A stretch of DNA of 64,000 bases from assembly GCA_038087875.1 (NCBI GenBank), contig CM075993.1:7442001-7506000 (forward strand). Direction: 5' to 3'. This document shows positions 38,420 to 51,625 of this stretch, one piece after another. Origin of the DNA: Malacoraja senta. Its lineage: Eukaryota. Each line of letters starts with the position of its first letter. Position 1 is the first letter of the stretch. The notes below the pieces were generated by a model that searched no databases, was not told where the DNA came from, and was given only the letters and a program-made list of their open reading frames with translations. The translations under genes and the position numbers were made by a program.

Positions 38420-39208
38420 GTGACAGGAAAGCAGACTATTATCTAAATGGTGGCCGACTAGGAAAAGGGGAGATGCAGCGAGACCTGGGTGTCATGGTAC
38501 ACCAGTCATTGAAAGTAGGCATGCAGGTGCAGCAGGCAGTGAAGAAAGCGAATGGTATGTTAGCTTTCATAGCAAAAGGATTTGAGTATAGGAGCAGGGA
38601 GGTTCTACTGCAGTGGTACAGGGTCTTGGTGAGACCACACCTGGAGTATTGCGTACAGTTTTGGTCTCCAAATCTGAGGAAGGACATTATTGCCATAGAG
38701 GGAGTGCAGAGAAGGTTCACCAGACTGATTCCTGGGATGTCAGGACTGTCTTATGAAGAAAGACTGGATAGACTTGGTTTATACTCTCTAGAATTTAGGA
38801 GATTGAGAGGGGATCTTATAGAAACTTACAAAATTCTTAAGGGGTTGGACAGGCTAGATGCAGGAAGATTGCTCCCGATGTTGGGGAAGTCCAGGACAAG
38901 GGGTCACAGCTTAAGGATAAGGGGGAAATCCTTTAAAACCGAGATGAGAAGAACTTTTTTCACACAGAGAGTGGTGAATCTCTGGAACTCTCTGCCACAG
39001 AGGGTAGTCGAGGCCAGTTCATTGGCTATATTTAAGAGGGAGTTAGATGTGGCCCTTGTGGCTAAAGGGATCAGAGGGTATGGAGAGAAGGCAGGTACGG
39101 GATACTGAGTTGGATGATCAGCCATGATCATATTGAATGGCGGTGCAGGCTCGAAGGGCCGAATGGCCTACTCCTGCACCTAATTTCTATGTTTCTATGT
39201 TTCTATGT
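38420..39208 (+). mobile_element. Young CR1 LINE, 5'-truncated, ORF2 C-terminus still open
   Basis: Open 232-aa frame RDLGVMVHQSLK...LVRPHLEYCVQFWSP...LWNSLP; (CTATGTTT)3 tail. Confidence 0.92.
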
Positions 39209-39465
39209 TTTGAGTCAGTTGAGCAACAATTCAGGGATTCCAAAAGATGCGTTCATTTTTAATGATAAATATCTCGTGCTAGCTCAGGGCCAAGGTTCTG
39301 ACTCTCAAGACAGAAGTGGCAAGGTTTCTACCCCCTCGTTTCCCCTCAAATGGAGAACAAAACATCACCTCTGAATTCCACGTTGGCAAGTGTTTAGTGG
39401 GCAACAGGACCTTTGCTCTCAATTCCCCCCAAACCACATGGGGAAAATGTACAAGAAACCATTAA

Positions 39466-39931
39466 TGGGCCTGTCCCACCTACACGACTTTTTAGGCGAG
39501 TTGCCGGCACCCGTCATTCTCCTTGTGTTGTGGTTTTTATTCCATCTCGGGTATCTAAGGTGACTGGTCCGATGGAGCCTGAAGAGATTTATGGGCCTGT
39601 CCCACTTACACGACTTTCTCGGCGATTGCCGGCACCCGTCATAGGTCGTTACAGGTCGCCGAAAATGTTCAACATGCTGAAAATCCAGCGGTGACCAGAA
39701 CAAGGTATGACTCTTTGGGCGAGTACGCACGGCCATACAGGCTTCACCCCGCGACAAGTCGCCAGGGTGTCGCCTGTATGGTCGTGAGTAGTCTCTTCAG
39801 TCGCCCAAAGAGTCGTAGCGTCTTTCTGGTCGCCGGTGAATTTTCAACATGTTGAAAATTTTGGCGACCTGCAACGACCTATGATGGGTGCCAGCAATCG
39901 CCGAAAAAGTCGCGTAAGTGGGACAGGCCCA
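39466..39931. mobile_element. PIF/Harbinger-like MITE with duplicated left end
   Basis: TGGGCCTGTCCCAC at 39466 and 39592; right TIR ends 39931; outer TSD TAA/TAA. Confidence 0.85.
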
Positions 39932-41307
39932 TAAATTTCTTCAGGCTCCATCGGACCAGTCACCTTAGATACCCGAGATGGAATAAAAACCACAACACAA
40001 GGAGAATTAATGTTGCAACCTAATGATCTGCCGATGGATCAATTGAAGTGGAAAAGCGTACAGAGATGCTTGAACCCAGTAAATTTCCTTTGAATGATTG
40101 TGATGAATTTCTGTGCAATACATTTTGCCGCATCCGACAACAATGAAATCATTCAAATAAACTCCGCTCACACTTTGAATCACGTACTTTTGCTGTGTCA
40201 ACTGCCACGTACAATTTAGAGGATGTGAATATTTAGAAATGGTGCATGATAAAGGAGGGATCTATCCCCCAGAACATGTAATGGAAACCTGCACAATGTG
40301 CAATGTTGCAATTTCTGATTGTGACTTGCACCGTAACTCGATGACCTCCATATAAATCAATATCACAGCCAGCTAATGGCCACTGAAAGCTAATGCAGGC
40401 ACTCTTCGTAGCAGTAGTGTTAAACAGTGCCACAGATCGTCTAGTAAGAGCCCTTTCCCATGTGGGCAGGAGACCTCCCGAAGGAATGCAAGAGGCAAGA
40501 TTGTTTCATTGTCATATGTGGGTCGTGTTCAAGAGTTTGGTTTCGTTTATTGTCGGGTATTCAGAGGTACAGTGAAAAGCTTTTGTTGCGTGCTCACCCA
40601 GTCAACGGAAAGACGGTACATGATTACAATCAAGCCGAACTGAAGAAAAACACAAAATGCTGGAGTAACTCAGCAGGACAGGCAGCGTCTCTGGAGAGGA
40701 GGAATCGGTCATATTTCGGGTCAGGACCCTTCTTCAGACTGAAGGGATTTGACCCGAAACATTACCCATTCCTTCTCTTCAGAGATTATGCCTGTCCCGC
40801 TGAGTTACTCCTGCATTTCGTGTCTATCTACAGGGTCTCAGGTGCTGTAGGGACTAGTGTAGAACGGAGGCAACATAACCAAAACTACAGATACAGCTCC
40901 ATAGATGCTGCTGCACCCGCTGATTCTCCAGCATTTTTGTGTACCTACAGAAACATCTAGCAATTATAGCAAGATCATTTCTTAAGAAATGAATGGAGGA
41001 TATCTCCATGCAATCTAACATCTATGCATGAAATCAAGCTCCGTCGTTTAGTGCTAAGAAACCAGACTTGAATGACATAGGAATCGCCCAGCCATCCACA
41101 TTGAATGGATATATCGTTGTCACGAAATGCAACATTTTTCTGTTATGTTTAAATGCCTTACAGTAAAAATGAGTTTGTATGTTCATAAGCCATAGGAGCA
41201 AAAGTAGGCCATTCAGCCCATCATGTCTACTCTGCCATTCAATCGTGGCTGATCTATCTTTCCTTCTCAACCCCATTATCCTGCCTCCCCATATCTCGAC
41301 ACCCTTA

Positions 41308-41951
41308 AGGGCCTGTCCCACTTGGGCCGTCACTTGCGCGACAGGCCGGTAGTGATGGTCGCGTGACGGTCCCGCGAGAGTCGCGCGCATCATCATGCGC
41401 CCGCACAGCGGTCTGGAGCGCATGACATCATTTGAAGATGGACACAAAATGCAGGAGTAACTCAGCGGGACCAGCAGCATCTCTGGAGAGAAGGAATGGA
41501 TGACGTTTCGGATCGAGACCGTTCTTCAGTCTGAAAGAAGGGTCTTGACCCGAAACGTCACCCATTCCTTCTCTCCAGAGATGCTGCCTGTCCCGCTGAG
41601 TTACTCCTGCATTTTGTATCTATCTTCAATCTTCTTGGCCCCGCTCTGGGAGGAGGAGTGGGGGCAGATCCGGATCCGCAACGGCCATGAGCCCCAGGCT
41701 GAGTTTGACGATCGTTTGCCTGCTTCTGCTGCTGTTGGAGGTGAGACGCTGCGCCGCACCAGGGTCTTGGGCCTGTCCCACTTTGGCCGTCGGTTACCCG
41801 ACAGGCTGGTGGCGCGTGAAGATTTCGTGCAGGATGAAGTCCACATTCCTCCACGCCACTCCACACCACTCCATGTGCCCGTCCCACACTACCCACACGC
41901 TAGCAGGTCGCGTATATGGCGCGCTAAAGACAGCCAAAAGGGACAGGCCCT
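41308..41951. mobile_element. PIF/Harbinger-like MITE (composite) inside a CR1 end, interrupted by a Penelope hairpin
   Basis: AGGGCCTGTCCCAC...GGGACAGGCCCT; removing it with one TTA restores the CR1 sequence ACCC-TTA-CTAATCAAG; second left TIR at about 41768. Confidence 0.75.
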
Positions 41952-43150
41952 TTACTAATCAAGAAAATACTGTCAATCTCCACCGTAAAAATATGCAATG
42001 ACGTCCTCCACAGCTGTCTGTGGCAATGAACTCCACAGATTCACCACATCTGACTACAGAAATTCCTCCTCATCTTCGTTGTAAAGGTGCACCCTTTTAT
42101 TCTGAGGCCGTGCCCTCTCCCTCTAGGCTCTCCCACTAGTGGAACATCTTCTCTGCATCCACTCCATCCAGGCCTTTCACTATTCGGCAAGTTTCAATGC
42201 GGTTCCCCCTCATCCTTCTAAACTCCAGCGAGTATACGTTAACCCAACCATCCCCAGTTAATTGTTCAAATTATAAGTGCATGAGGCCACAGGGGCATCA
42301 GAGTCAGATGATGATTGCTGACATGAAAGTCAGTGTGGTCAAGGCTGGGAATAATGACATAAAATTGATATTCCCGCTACAGAGAACAAGAACAAAGCAC
42401 AAGGAGTTATATTCATAGAATGCAATTATGACCTCGGGGAATCCCAAAGCATTTCACAGCCAATGAAAAGCTAATGGAGTGTCAACGCTATTGTTATGTG
42501 GGAAATGCAGCCGGATAATTTCAGTGGCAAAATAAACTCTTTCAATTATATCAACTTTTAGATAAACTCTGGCTAGGAAATGGGAAAAATTCCTGCTGCA
42601 AAATAATGGGAACACTTGGTCGATCAGACAGCATCTGTGGAAAAATAAATAAAGTTAACACTTCAGGTAAAAAATCTGACAAAAATTTGGTTTGGTTTAG
42701 AGAGACAGCATGGAAATAAGGGTTCCGGCACACTTAGAGTCCACGCCGACCAGCGACCATCCGTTCACACTAGTTCTATGTTATCCCACTTTCTCACCCA
42801 CTCCCTTCACACTAAGGACAACTGGCAGAGGGCCAATTACCTACAAGTCTTTGGGATGTGGGAGGAAACCGGAACACCCGGAGGAAACCCACACGGTCAC
42901 AGGGAGAACGTGCAAACCATACAGCCAGCTCCCCAAGGCCAGGATCAAACCCACGTCTCCAGTGCAGAGAGGTAGCAGCTCCACCAGCCGCACGGCTCTG
43001 CTGGCCCTTGAACATGGAACATTAGATCTGGCAGTGTATGGCCCTTCTATTTGCGATTTCAAGCCTCTGCGGTTTTCTTGCATCATTTCATTGCTTCTCT
43101 TTAAAGAGTGAGGTTGAATCTTTTACTTCTAGAGGGCAGACAAAGCCTCA

Positions 43151-43304
43151 AGGGCCTGTCCCACTTGGGCGTCATTTGCGCGTCACGCAGATGGTGTACA
43201 AAGATTTTGTACATCCCAAAATCCTGGGGCGCCGTGCGTCACGACACGCTCGTCGTGACGCGTAAATTATGCCACGTAAATGACGCCCAAGTGGGACAGG
43301 CCCT
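43151..43304. mobile_element. PIF/Harbinger-like MITE
   Basis: TIR AGGGCCTGTCCCACTTGGGCGTCATTT; TCA TSD. Confidence 0.85.
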
Positions 43305-46300
43305 TCACTAATCAGCCAAATGACATCAAAGCCCCTCTCGTTTCTCTCCCTCTTCTTCATACAAAGGATTACAGACAACACACCTGGGGTTTCCAATGTG
43401 GCTAATAAGGCCAATGTGGAATCCATAGTCTCTGCCCTAACCAGAAGACAGAGGAGCAGATTTAGGCCATTTGGCCCGAGTCCGCATCGCCATTCGATCA
43501 TGGCCGATCAATTTTTCCCTCGCAATCTCATTCTGCCTCCCCCCCACAACCTTCGACGCCCTCACTAAGGTGGCCGCGTACAATGGCAGACTCGCTGACG
43601 GTCTGTCGTGTCCTTTTCTTCTTTTGGTGTATCTAGTTTGTTGTTAAATGTATGTCTTAGTGTATCTTTAGTGTTATGTGAGGGGTGGGGGGGGGGGGGG
43701 CGGGGGAAACTTTTTAAATTTCATTCCTCGACGGAGATGCGACCTTTCCGTATCGTAACTCCATCCCCACTGCGGCCTAACATCGAGGAGCTGGCGGCCT
43801 CTTGCTGGGGCTCGACATCTTTCATCTTTAACACTCAACACAACAAAAGCGTTGAGAAAAATATATCCCAAGTCGAAGTGTGTAGAAAGGAACTGCAGAT
43901 GCTGGCTTACACAGAAGATAGATGCAAAATACTGGAGTAACTCAGCGGGTCAGGCAGCATCTCTGGAGAAAAGGAGTTGGTGACGCTTCAGGTCAAGACC
44001 CTTCTTCAGACTGAGATTCAGAGGAGAGGGGAACTAGAGATATGAAAAGATACAAAGACAAGTGAATGGAAGGTCAAGTAACCCTTGCATCCTCTCTCTC
44101 TCTCTCCCCCCTACTAGTTTCATTGTTGTCCTACTTATTTTCACTGTTTGTATTCACTCATTATGACCTTCTCCACAGCCAACAATAGACCATTGTGGGC
44201 TTCCTTGATTTTTTTGATCATCATTGCTGGCTTTGATTTGTCCTTTTCATGCCTTTTATTCACGCGTTCTTTGCACCTTTTCATATCTCCAGCTCCCCTC
44301 TCCCCCGAATCTCCGGCTGCAAGAAGGGTCTCAACCCAAAATATCAGCACGTTCCTTCCTCCAAAGACGCTGCCTGGCCTGCTGAGTAACTCCAGCAATG
44401 TGTGTCTATCCCAAGTTGAAGTCTGATTTAGGAGAGGTGACATTTGGTCAATGGGCGGGAGCGCTTTGAGAATAGAATTCCAGAGAATGGGACACACACA
44501 CAGGCAACTGATGCACAGACCAAGCTCATCACCCTCAGCATCACACCTAACGCTCTCATTATAAAGTGATTCTGCAGCCAGCTGAGCACTTTGGAAGATC
44601 CCAGTGGTTAATTTGAAACCCTCATTAGCTGCTACATTTCTTCCACGCAACAGTTCAGCTGCTTTTGACAGCATCCAGCCATTGACAGCATGGGGAACAC
44701 ACTTGGATATGACCCAAAGGTTATCAAGTATCTTTAAAATTGACTCATGATTCTCACAAGGGAATTAGTCTGGGACCTGCAGAGATAACCTCACAGAGAC
44801 GGCTGTAAATTACCCCTTTGACAGTGTCTTCATATTCTAGCGTGTGGATTATACTGATAAACTGGTGAATTATTCCAAAGAGAAATTTTAACAGGAATGG
44901 TAAAAGAGGAATTTGAGGTCAGAACAATGAGCATGAACATCGATACATGGAGCAATTGGTTGGGGATACAGACACTGGACTTTGTTGGCCTTGAAACAAC
45001 CATGTGAATGGCAGGCCCCGAATCGCAAGGCTGGTTGGAAGAGGGATACGGTACTGCCGAAAACAGCCTTACACTGTGGGCTACGTGCCAATGAAAGCCT
45101 GGGGTGTGTGATCTAGAGGGGAAAGCACAAGTCAAAACTATCTGCAAGAAAATGAGGAAGATGGTGCCAAACCCATAATGGATGACACTACAGATAAGAG
45201 ATGCCCAACAAAGCAGAGCGTTTCCAGTGTTACAAAATACTTAGACTTATCTTCTAACGCGGGAGAAGAACAAAGGGAAGAGATAAGACTTTTGCCTTCC
45301 ATCACAGTGAGGAGGTGTTGGAGATTCTCTGTGATGGATGTTTGTGTAAATTGTGTTAAGTGTGTGTCTTGTTTTTTTTTGTGATGTCATGACTGCAGGA
45401 ATGAAATTTCGTTCAAACCTTGTCTGTTTGAATGACAATAAAAGGCATTCTATTCTAACCTTTAGACTTTAGAGATACAGCACAGGCCACCAAGACCATG
45501 CCGACCAGTGATCACTTCCGTGCACCAGCATGATCCTACACACACTCGGGACAATTTACAATTGTTACAGAAGCCAATTAACCTACAAACCTGTACATCC
45601 ATGGAGTGTGGGAGGAAACCGGAGCACCTGGAGAGAACCCACAGTCACAGGCAGAATGTACAAACTCCGCACAGACAGCACCCGTAGTCAGGATTGAATC
45701 CGGGTCTCTGGCGCTGTAAGGCAGCAGCTCTACCTGCTGCGCCACTGTGCCGCCCTGATGCAGAAACAAACAACAATCAGTCTTCGCCCCATCACGCAGT
45801 TAGGATTAAAATGGAATGTGGTTTCAAGTGCTGAAGGCAAGAACAGCAAGAGTATAGATGAATGTGTTCTGACTAACAGAATATTAATGCAGCAAAATGT
45901 TAACGATTCTATTTCTGAGGCAAGGGAATGCATTGAAATAGTCCTATATTGATGTGCTTTTCCCCATTATAAAAAGATAATGATACATTCGATGAAGAAA
46001 ACGCAATTGAAAAAACACAAGAGGAAACAGGTCATCAATCTGAAAAGTCAACTGTTTCTCCCTACCGAGCAAATGCAGTGTTTTGTTTTCATTTTAGATT
46101 TCCAATGTCTGCATTTTTTTTAGGTTTTGCACAAGCACAGTTTTGTATGAATAACACCTCCTCTCTATCCTTAGCAGGAACACAAATATTCACACTAATT
46201 AAAGATGAGGAGCACCGTTCTCCCATCCAAAATCATTCTCGCAGAACTATACCCAGTTTCTCATTGCAATCCCCACTTGCTCCTTGGATGATTCCAAGAT

Positions 46301-46469
46301 TGTGGCTTCTGCTATTATTTAAGAGATTTTTTTTTTCTTTAACATTCATTTTTAATGATCCGAGTGCCATTGGCAGGGCCAACCTTTCATCGCCCATCAA
46401 AAACAGCCCTGTTGGCAATCTCAGGGAACGTTGGGGAGTCAACCACATTGTTAATTTAGTTAATTCTCC

Positions 46470-46868
46470 GGGGATTGTCACCTTGCCGTGGTGGAGAAGC
46501 TCGTGTGGTCCTGAGATCCTGAGAGCGATGCCGTCTGGAGCTTTGCTCCTGGTAGGGGCACCCATGGCGGTAAGGTCGAGGGGGAGGTCCCTGACAAAGG
46601 GCAATCCAACCAAGACCTCAACGGTGGAACAGGCGGAGGACGATGGCCGACTTTAGTGGAGCGTCACAACGGCTGGGAAGACGGATGAAGGCTGCAGCAG
46701 AAAAGGGCCTCCGGTCGTCTTGGACTCCATGCCACTGGATCCTGACCCAGATCTGTCAAGGACCGTGCGGTGGCTGTCTGTGCACCAGCCTCCCAACGTT
46801 AAACAAAGTCACGCACAGGCGTCCTCCCAAAAGAGGACAGTCATACTCGTTTCGAGTGACCGCCGATA
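46470..46868 (+). mobile_element. Short RTE-related non-autonomous element
   Basis: CACCTTGCCGTGGTGGAG...GATCCTGAGAGCGATG...CCTGGTAGGG.CACCCATGGC...GACAAAG resembles RTE (Expander/BovB-type) 5' ends; recognised from memory, not searched. Confidence 0.55.
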
Positions 46869-48563
46869 ATTTAGTTTAGTCTACACATGCAGCATGGAAA
46901 CAGGCCCTTCTGCCCATCGTATGCTCATTGAGTCCGACCAATCATCCGTTCATACTAGTTCTGTGCTCTCTAATATAAAAATTACCATAAAAACCTAGCC
47001 CTATCGGACACAAACTGTCATTTTAGTAGCAAATACATTCTCCAAACTCAAACCAAAAAGTGGTTAAAATGTGGTGATAAGAATCACAGTGGTAGAGTTG
47101 CTGCCTTACAGCACCAGAGATCTGGGTTCGATCCTGACTACAGGTGCTGTCTGTATGGAGTTTGTACGTTCTCCCCGTGACCTGCGTGGGTTTTCTCCGG
47201 GAGTTTCAGCTTCCTCCCACACTCCAAAGATGTACAGGTTTGCAGGCTGATTGGTTTGGTAAAATTGTAAAATTGTCCCTAGTGTGTGTAGGATAGTGTT
47301 AGTGTGCGGGGATCGCTGGTTGGTGCGGACTCTGTGATCCGGAGGGCCTGTATCTCTAAACTAAACACAGAACCCCAAAGCGCAGTGAGAGACCATTCAC
47401 CCGGTTACACGTGAGTATCCACTTAATTCCACTTCCCTCATCTAATCCATAATCATGCAATTATTTCCTTTACAAGTACACATCGAAGATAAACACAAAA
47501 CGCTGGAGTAATTGTGTTCATCTTCTGTTTAAACCAGCATCTGCAGTTCCTTCCTACACAAGTACACATCTAATCCCTTATTAAGATTACTACTAAATCT
47601 GACTATTATCCTTTCATCATATTAGTTCCTAGCCTTACAAGAAATTGCATTCCTTATTCCAGTCTTTTCAAAGATGTGCAAAACAGTGTGAGCTGGGGGT
47701 TTACAGACACAAATCTCGGAAGGTGACGGAATTTGCTGGGATAGTTTCAATGGGAGGCGGAAATAATACCTGGATTTATAAATAACTCAATAAAAAAAGC
47801 TCTTGAACAGAAAGGCCATGTTATAAAGACACATGGGGCAGGAGAGCTACACCAACCCCCCACAAGGGGAGGACAGAGAAGAGGGCAGAATCTCTTCTCT
47901 CGTGGGGGATTGGGGAGGGAGGAAATCTCCCCGAGAGTAGAACTGAGGCAGGGGTCCCTTCTTCGGAATAGAGAATGGAGGAGGGGGCTTCTCTTTGTGA
48001 ACAGAATCAGGGGCTTGCCCACAGAGCAAGGAAGGAGCAGACAAGATGGACACAATATCCTGGAGTAACTCAGCGGGTCAGGCAGCATCTCTGGGGAAAG
48101 GATATATGTGACGTTTCGGGTCGGAACGCTTCTTCAGCCAGAAAGATAAGAGGCGGTGGGGGGGGGGGGAACTGGAGGTGAGAAAAGGCCAGAACAAATC
48201 AGGGCCAGTAGCAGATGGAGGGTGGAGCCCACAAGGGGCCAATGTTGGCTGGGGAAGATGTGCCAACGAGAGGGATACAAGGATGCGAACGACATAACTG
48301 GTGGGACGACAGGGGTGGGGGAGGGGAGGGAAAGAGGGCGGAGGGGAGGGGGAATGGGAGGGAATGCAGGAGTTACTTGAAATTAGAGAAATCAAAGTTC
48401 ACGAGCAGAGAAGGGCAGGAACCAAGGCACACCAAGATAAAATGGGGACAAACAAAAGACGGGATGGGTCTGACAAATAAAGAAGCAAATAAAGAAGTAA
48501 GGGGGAAAGATGAAGAGGGGGAAGTGAACAGTAGGAATAATATCACCTTGGACTACACCCTTA

Positions 48564-49169
48564 AGGGCCTGTCCCACTTGGGCGTCATTTACGCGACATC
48601 CTAAAAATTGGTTGGCGTGTCGTGACGCGCGCATGGCGCATGGTGAGGCTTGGCGGCGTATGCAGTGACGCGCAGTAACGGGCGGCGCACCAGGATTTTG
48701 GAATGCTCAAAATGCTAGCGTGCCGCCTGCGTGACGTATCCCTTGTGCACGCTGACGTACTGATGGCGTACGTGTAGTGCGTGGTGACGCATGGTTACGC
48801 ACGGTGATGCACGAACATTGCCTATGCTAATTTATTATGCGTCACCGTGTGTCAACGTCCGTAACCATGCGCCGCCCGTACGGCGTCGGCGTGCCATTTG
48901 CACGTCATTTGAGCGCCGCACCCCGTGAGCACCCGGGTATAAAGCGCGCGTAGTTTGGGAAATTTTTCACTGGAAAAAATCCTTGCCACGGAGATCGGAC
49001 TAAGTACGGACGACATCGCAAATGGCTCCCAAAAGAAGCAGGGCCCTCAAGAGCACTTGGCGCGCGACTGTCGTACTGCTACACGATTTTCGTGCGACTG
49101 TCGCGCGTCAGTCACTACCGGCCTGTCGCGTAAATGACGCGCAAATGACACCCAAGTGGGACAGGCCCT
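48564..49169. mobile_element. PIF/Harbinger-like MITE (long CG-rich subfamily)
   Basis: TIR AGGGCCTGTCCCACTTGGG(C/T)GTCATTT; TTA TSD. Confidence 0.88.
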
Positions 49170-50461
49170 TTACGCTGCCCAGTAGCTAGTTTGAGAGCTT
49201 TGCAGGGCATGATTACAGCATTCCTGTAGGTTGTGATCACGCCTGGTACAATAGGATAATAATAGAGAATATCTTTCGAGTTCTGTGTCAGCAAAGATGC
49301 TCAACTATTTTCTCTCCCGAGAGTGCAGCTGCTTGGCTTTCAGCTCTGGGACTGGAGCCATGCTCTCCCAAGGCCAGGCTAAGATTTCAGCTGGTGAAGA
49401 AGCTGCTTCCAGGGGAATCACCAGACGAGCTCATCCATCAAAGCATCAAAGCTGTCTGCTCGCCAGGTGGCAGGAATCAACCCGGCCAGCCAATGCCTCT
49501 CGGATATCCAGGGCTTTCCATTCCAACCACTTCCCAACAGCTCGGTGCTAACATCAATCTGTTTAGTTATTCTTTAGTTTAGAGATACAGTGCGGAAACA
49601 GGCCCTTCGGCCCAACCACTCCACACTGACTGGTGATCCCTGCAAATTAACACCATCCTACACACACCAAGGACAATTTTACATTTATACCAAGCCAACT
49701 AACCTACAAACCTGTGCGTCTTTGGAGTGTGGGAGGAAACCGAAGATCTCAGAGAAAACCCACGCAGGTCACGGGGAGAACGTACAAACTCCATACAGAC
49801 AGCACCCGTAGTCGGGATCGAATCCGGGTATCTTGCGCCGTAAAGGGAGCAAATCTGCCACTGCGCCACCGTGCCTCCCCATGCAAACTGAACAGTTTAA
49901 AGAGCAAGGGCGCGCTCGAGACACGTTTTAAAACTTCCTATGGGGAGACCCAGCAATAACTTTTCTTGGGGAATGACATGTACACAAGCCAGAGACAGAA
50001 AATGCAACATGACCTTACCCGGTAATTCATCATACATCTCGATAGGAAACATAAAAAAAAAACGACAAAACCCCTCTAAATTTAATGCTTTGCTAAATAT
50101 TCACTGAGAATTGCATCTCCTGTACGCACAAATTCACAGGGACTGTCAGTGCCAGTGTGATCAAGGATTTCAGTAAAGCAGTGTGTTTTTAATTAAATAA
50201 ATGGGAAATGGGCAGTATTGCCAGGTAGATCCCACACACATCTCACTGTGCAGAATGTGCAGCCAGGAAAAATAATTAATCCACACGTTTGACGTTGCAA
50301 TGGGAACTGGACGAAATAATACTCTGCAAAAGATGAAATTATACAGAATAAATAAAATTAATGTAAGTCCCTACTTTCTCCTCCCCTTCTCAGCTCTGCC
50401 TCAGCCCACTGGCTCCACCTCTTCCTTTCTTCTTCCCGACCCCCCCCCCCCACCCTCACAT

Positions 50462-50497
50462 CAGTCTGAAGAAGGGTTTCGACCCGAAACGTTGCCC
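50462..50497 (+). ncRNA. Minimal hammerhead ribozyme motif in a Penelope terminal repeat
   Basis: CTGAAGA (50466-50472), A, stem II GGGTT-TC-GACCC, GAAA, CG, TT. All catalytic-core bases are present; helix I is weak; activity untested. Confidence 0.6.
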
Positions 50498-51220
50498 ATT
50501 TCCTTCGCTTCATAGATGCTGCCTCACCCGCTGAGTTTCTCCAGCATTTATGTCTACCTTCGATTTTCCAGCATCTGCAGTTCCTTCTTAAACATCATCA
50601 TGTAATTATCTTGTCAGAGAGTCATATAGTGTTGAAACAGGCCCTTCGGCCTGACTTGTCCACACCGACAAACATGCCCCACCTACACAAATCCCAACTG
50701 CCTGCATTTGGCCCATATCCCTCTAAACCTTTCCTATCCCTGTATCTGTCCAAATGCTTTGTAAACTTTGTGATAGTATCTGCCTCAACAACCTACTCCG
50801 TCCGGCATGATCATGATTCAGTAAGGAGTGTGGAAAGACATGCTCAGGGTATTGAGTTGCACTGAAAGATGCACCATGGAAACAGGCCCTTCGGCCCACT
50901 GTGCCCACGCCAGCCATCGATCACCAGCTCATACTAGTTCTATGTTATTCCACTTCCTACCCACTCAGGGCAATTTTACAGAGGTCGATTAACCTACAAA
51001 ACCACATGCATTTTGGATGTGGGAGGAAACCGAAGCACCTGGAGGAAATCTACGGGGAGAATGTGCAAACTCCATACCAGAGGTTGGGATCGAACCCAGG
51101 TCTCTAGCGCTGCGAGGCTGCAGGTCTGTCTACCAGTTGTGCCAGTGTGCTACCCTAAGGGCAAATATGCTCTTTTATGCATCCACTCACTACACACTTG
51201 GGGCAATTTACAGAGGCCAA

Positions 51221-51625
51221 TTAGAAGATTGAGGGGGGATCTTATAGAAACGTACAAAATTCTTAAGGGGTTGGACAGGCTAGATGCAGGAAGATTGTTC
51301 CCGATGTTGGGGAAGTCCAGAACAGGGGGTCACAGTTTAAGGATAAGGGGGAAGTCTTTTAGGACCGAGATGAGAAAAACATTTTTCACACAGAGAGTGA
51401 TGAATCTATGGAATTCTCTGCCACAGAAGGTAGTTGAGGCCAGTTCATTGGCTATATTTAAGCGGCAGTTAGATGTGGCCCTTGTGGCTAAAGGGATCAG
51501 GGGGTATGGAGAGAAGGCAGGTACAGGATACTGAGTTAGATGATCAGGCGTGATCATATTGAATGGCGGTGCAGGCTCGAAGGGCCGAATGGCCTACTCC
51601 TGCACCTATTTTCTATGTTTCTATG
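51221..51625 (+). mobile_element. CR1 LINE 3' fragment (duplicated at about 59517-59920)
   Basis: RRLRGDLIETYKILKGLDRLDAG...GTGY plus tail. Confidence 0.88.

Noticed and set aside
38410..39108. 232-aa ORF as a host gene
   Set aside because: C-terminal part of CR1 ORF2 from a 5'-truncated young copy.
48564..49169. CpG-island-like region as a promoter
   Set aside because: Entirely bounded by MITE TIRs and a TTA TSD.
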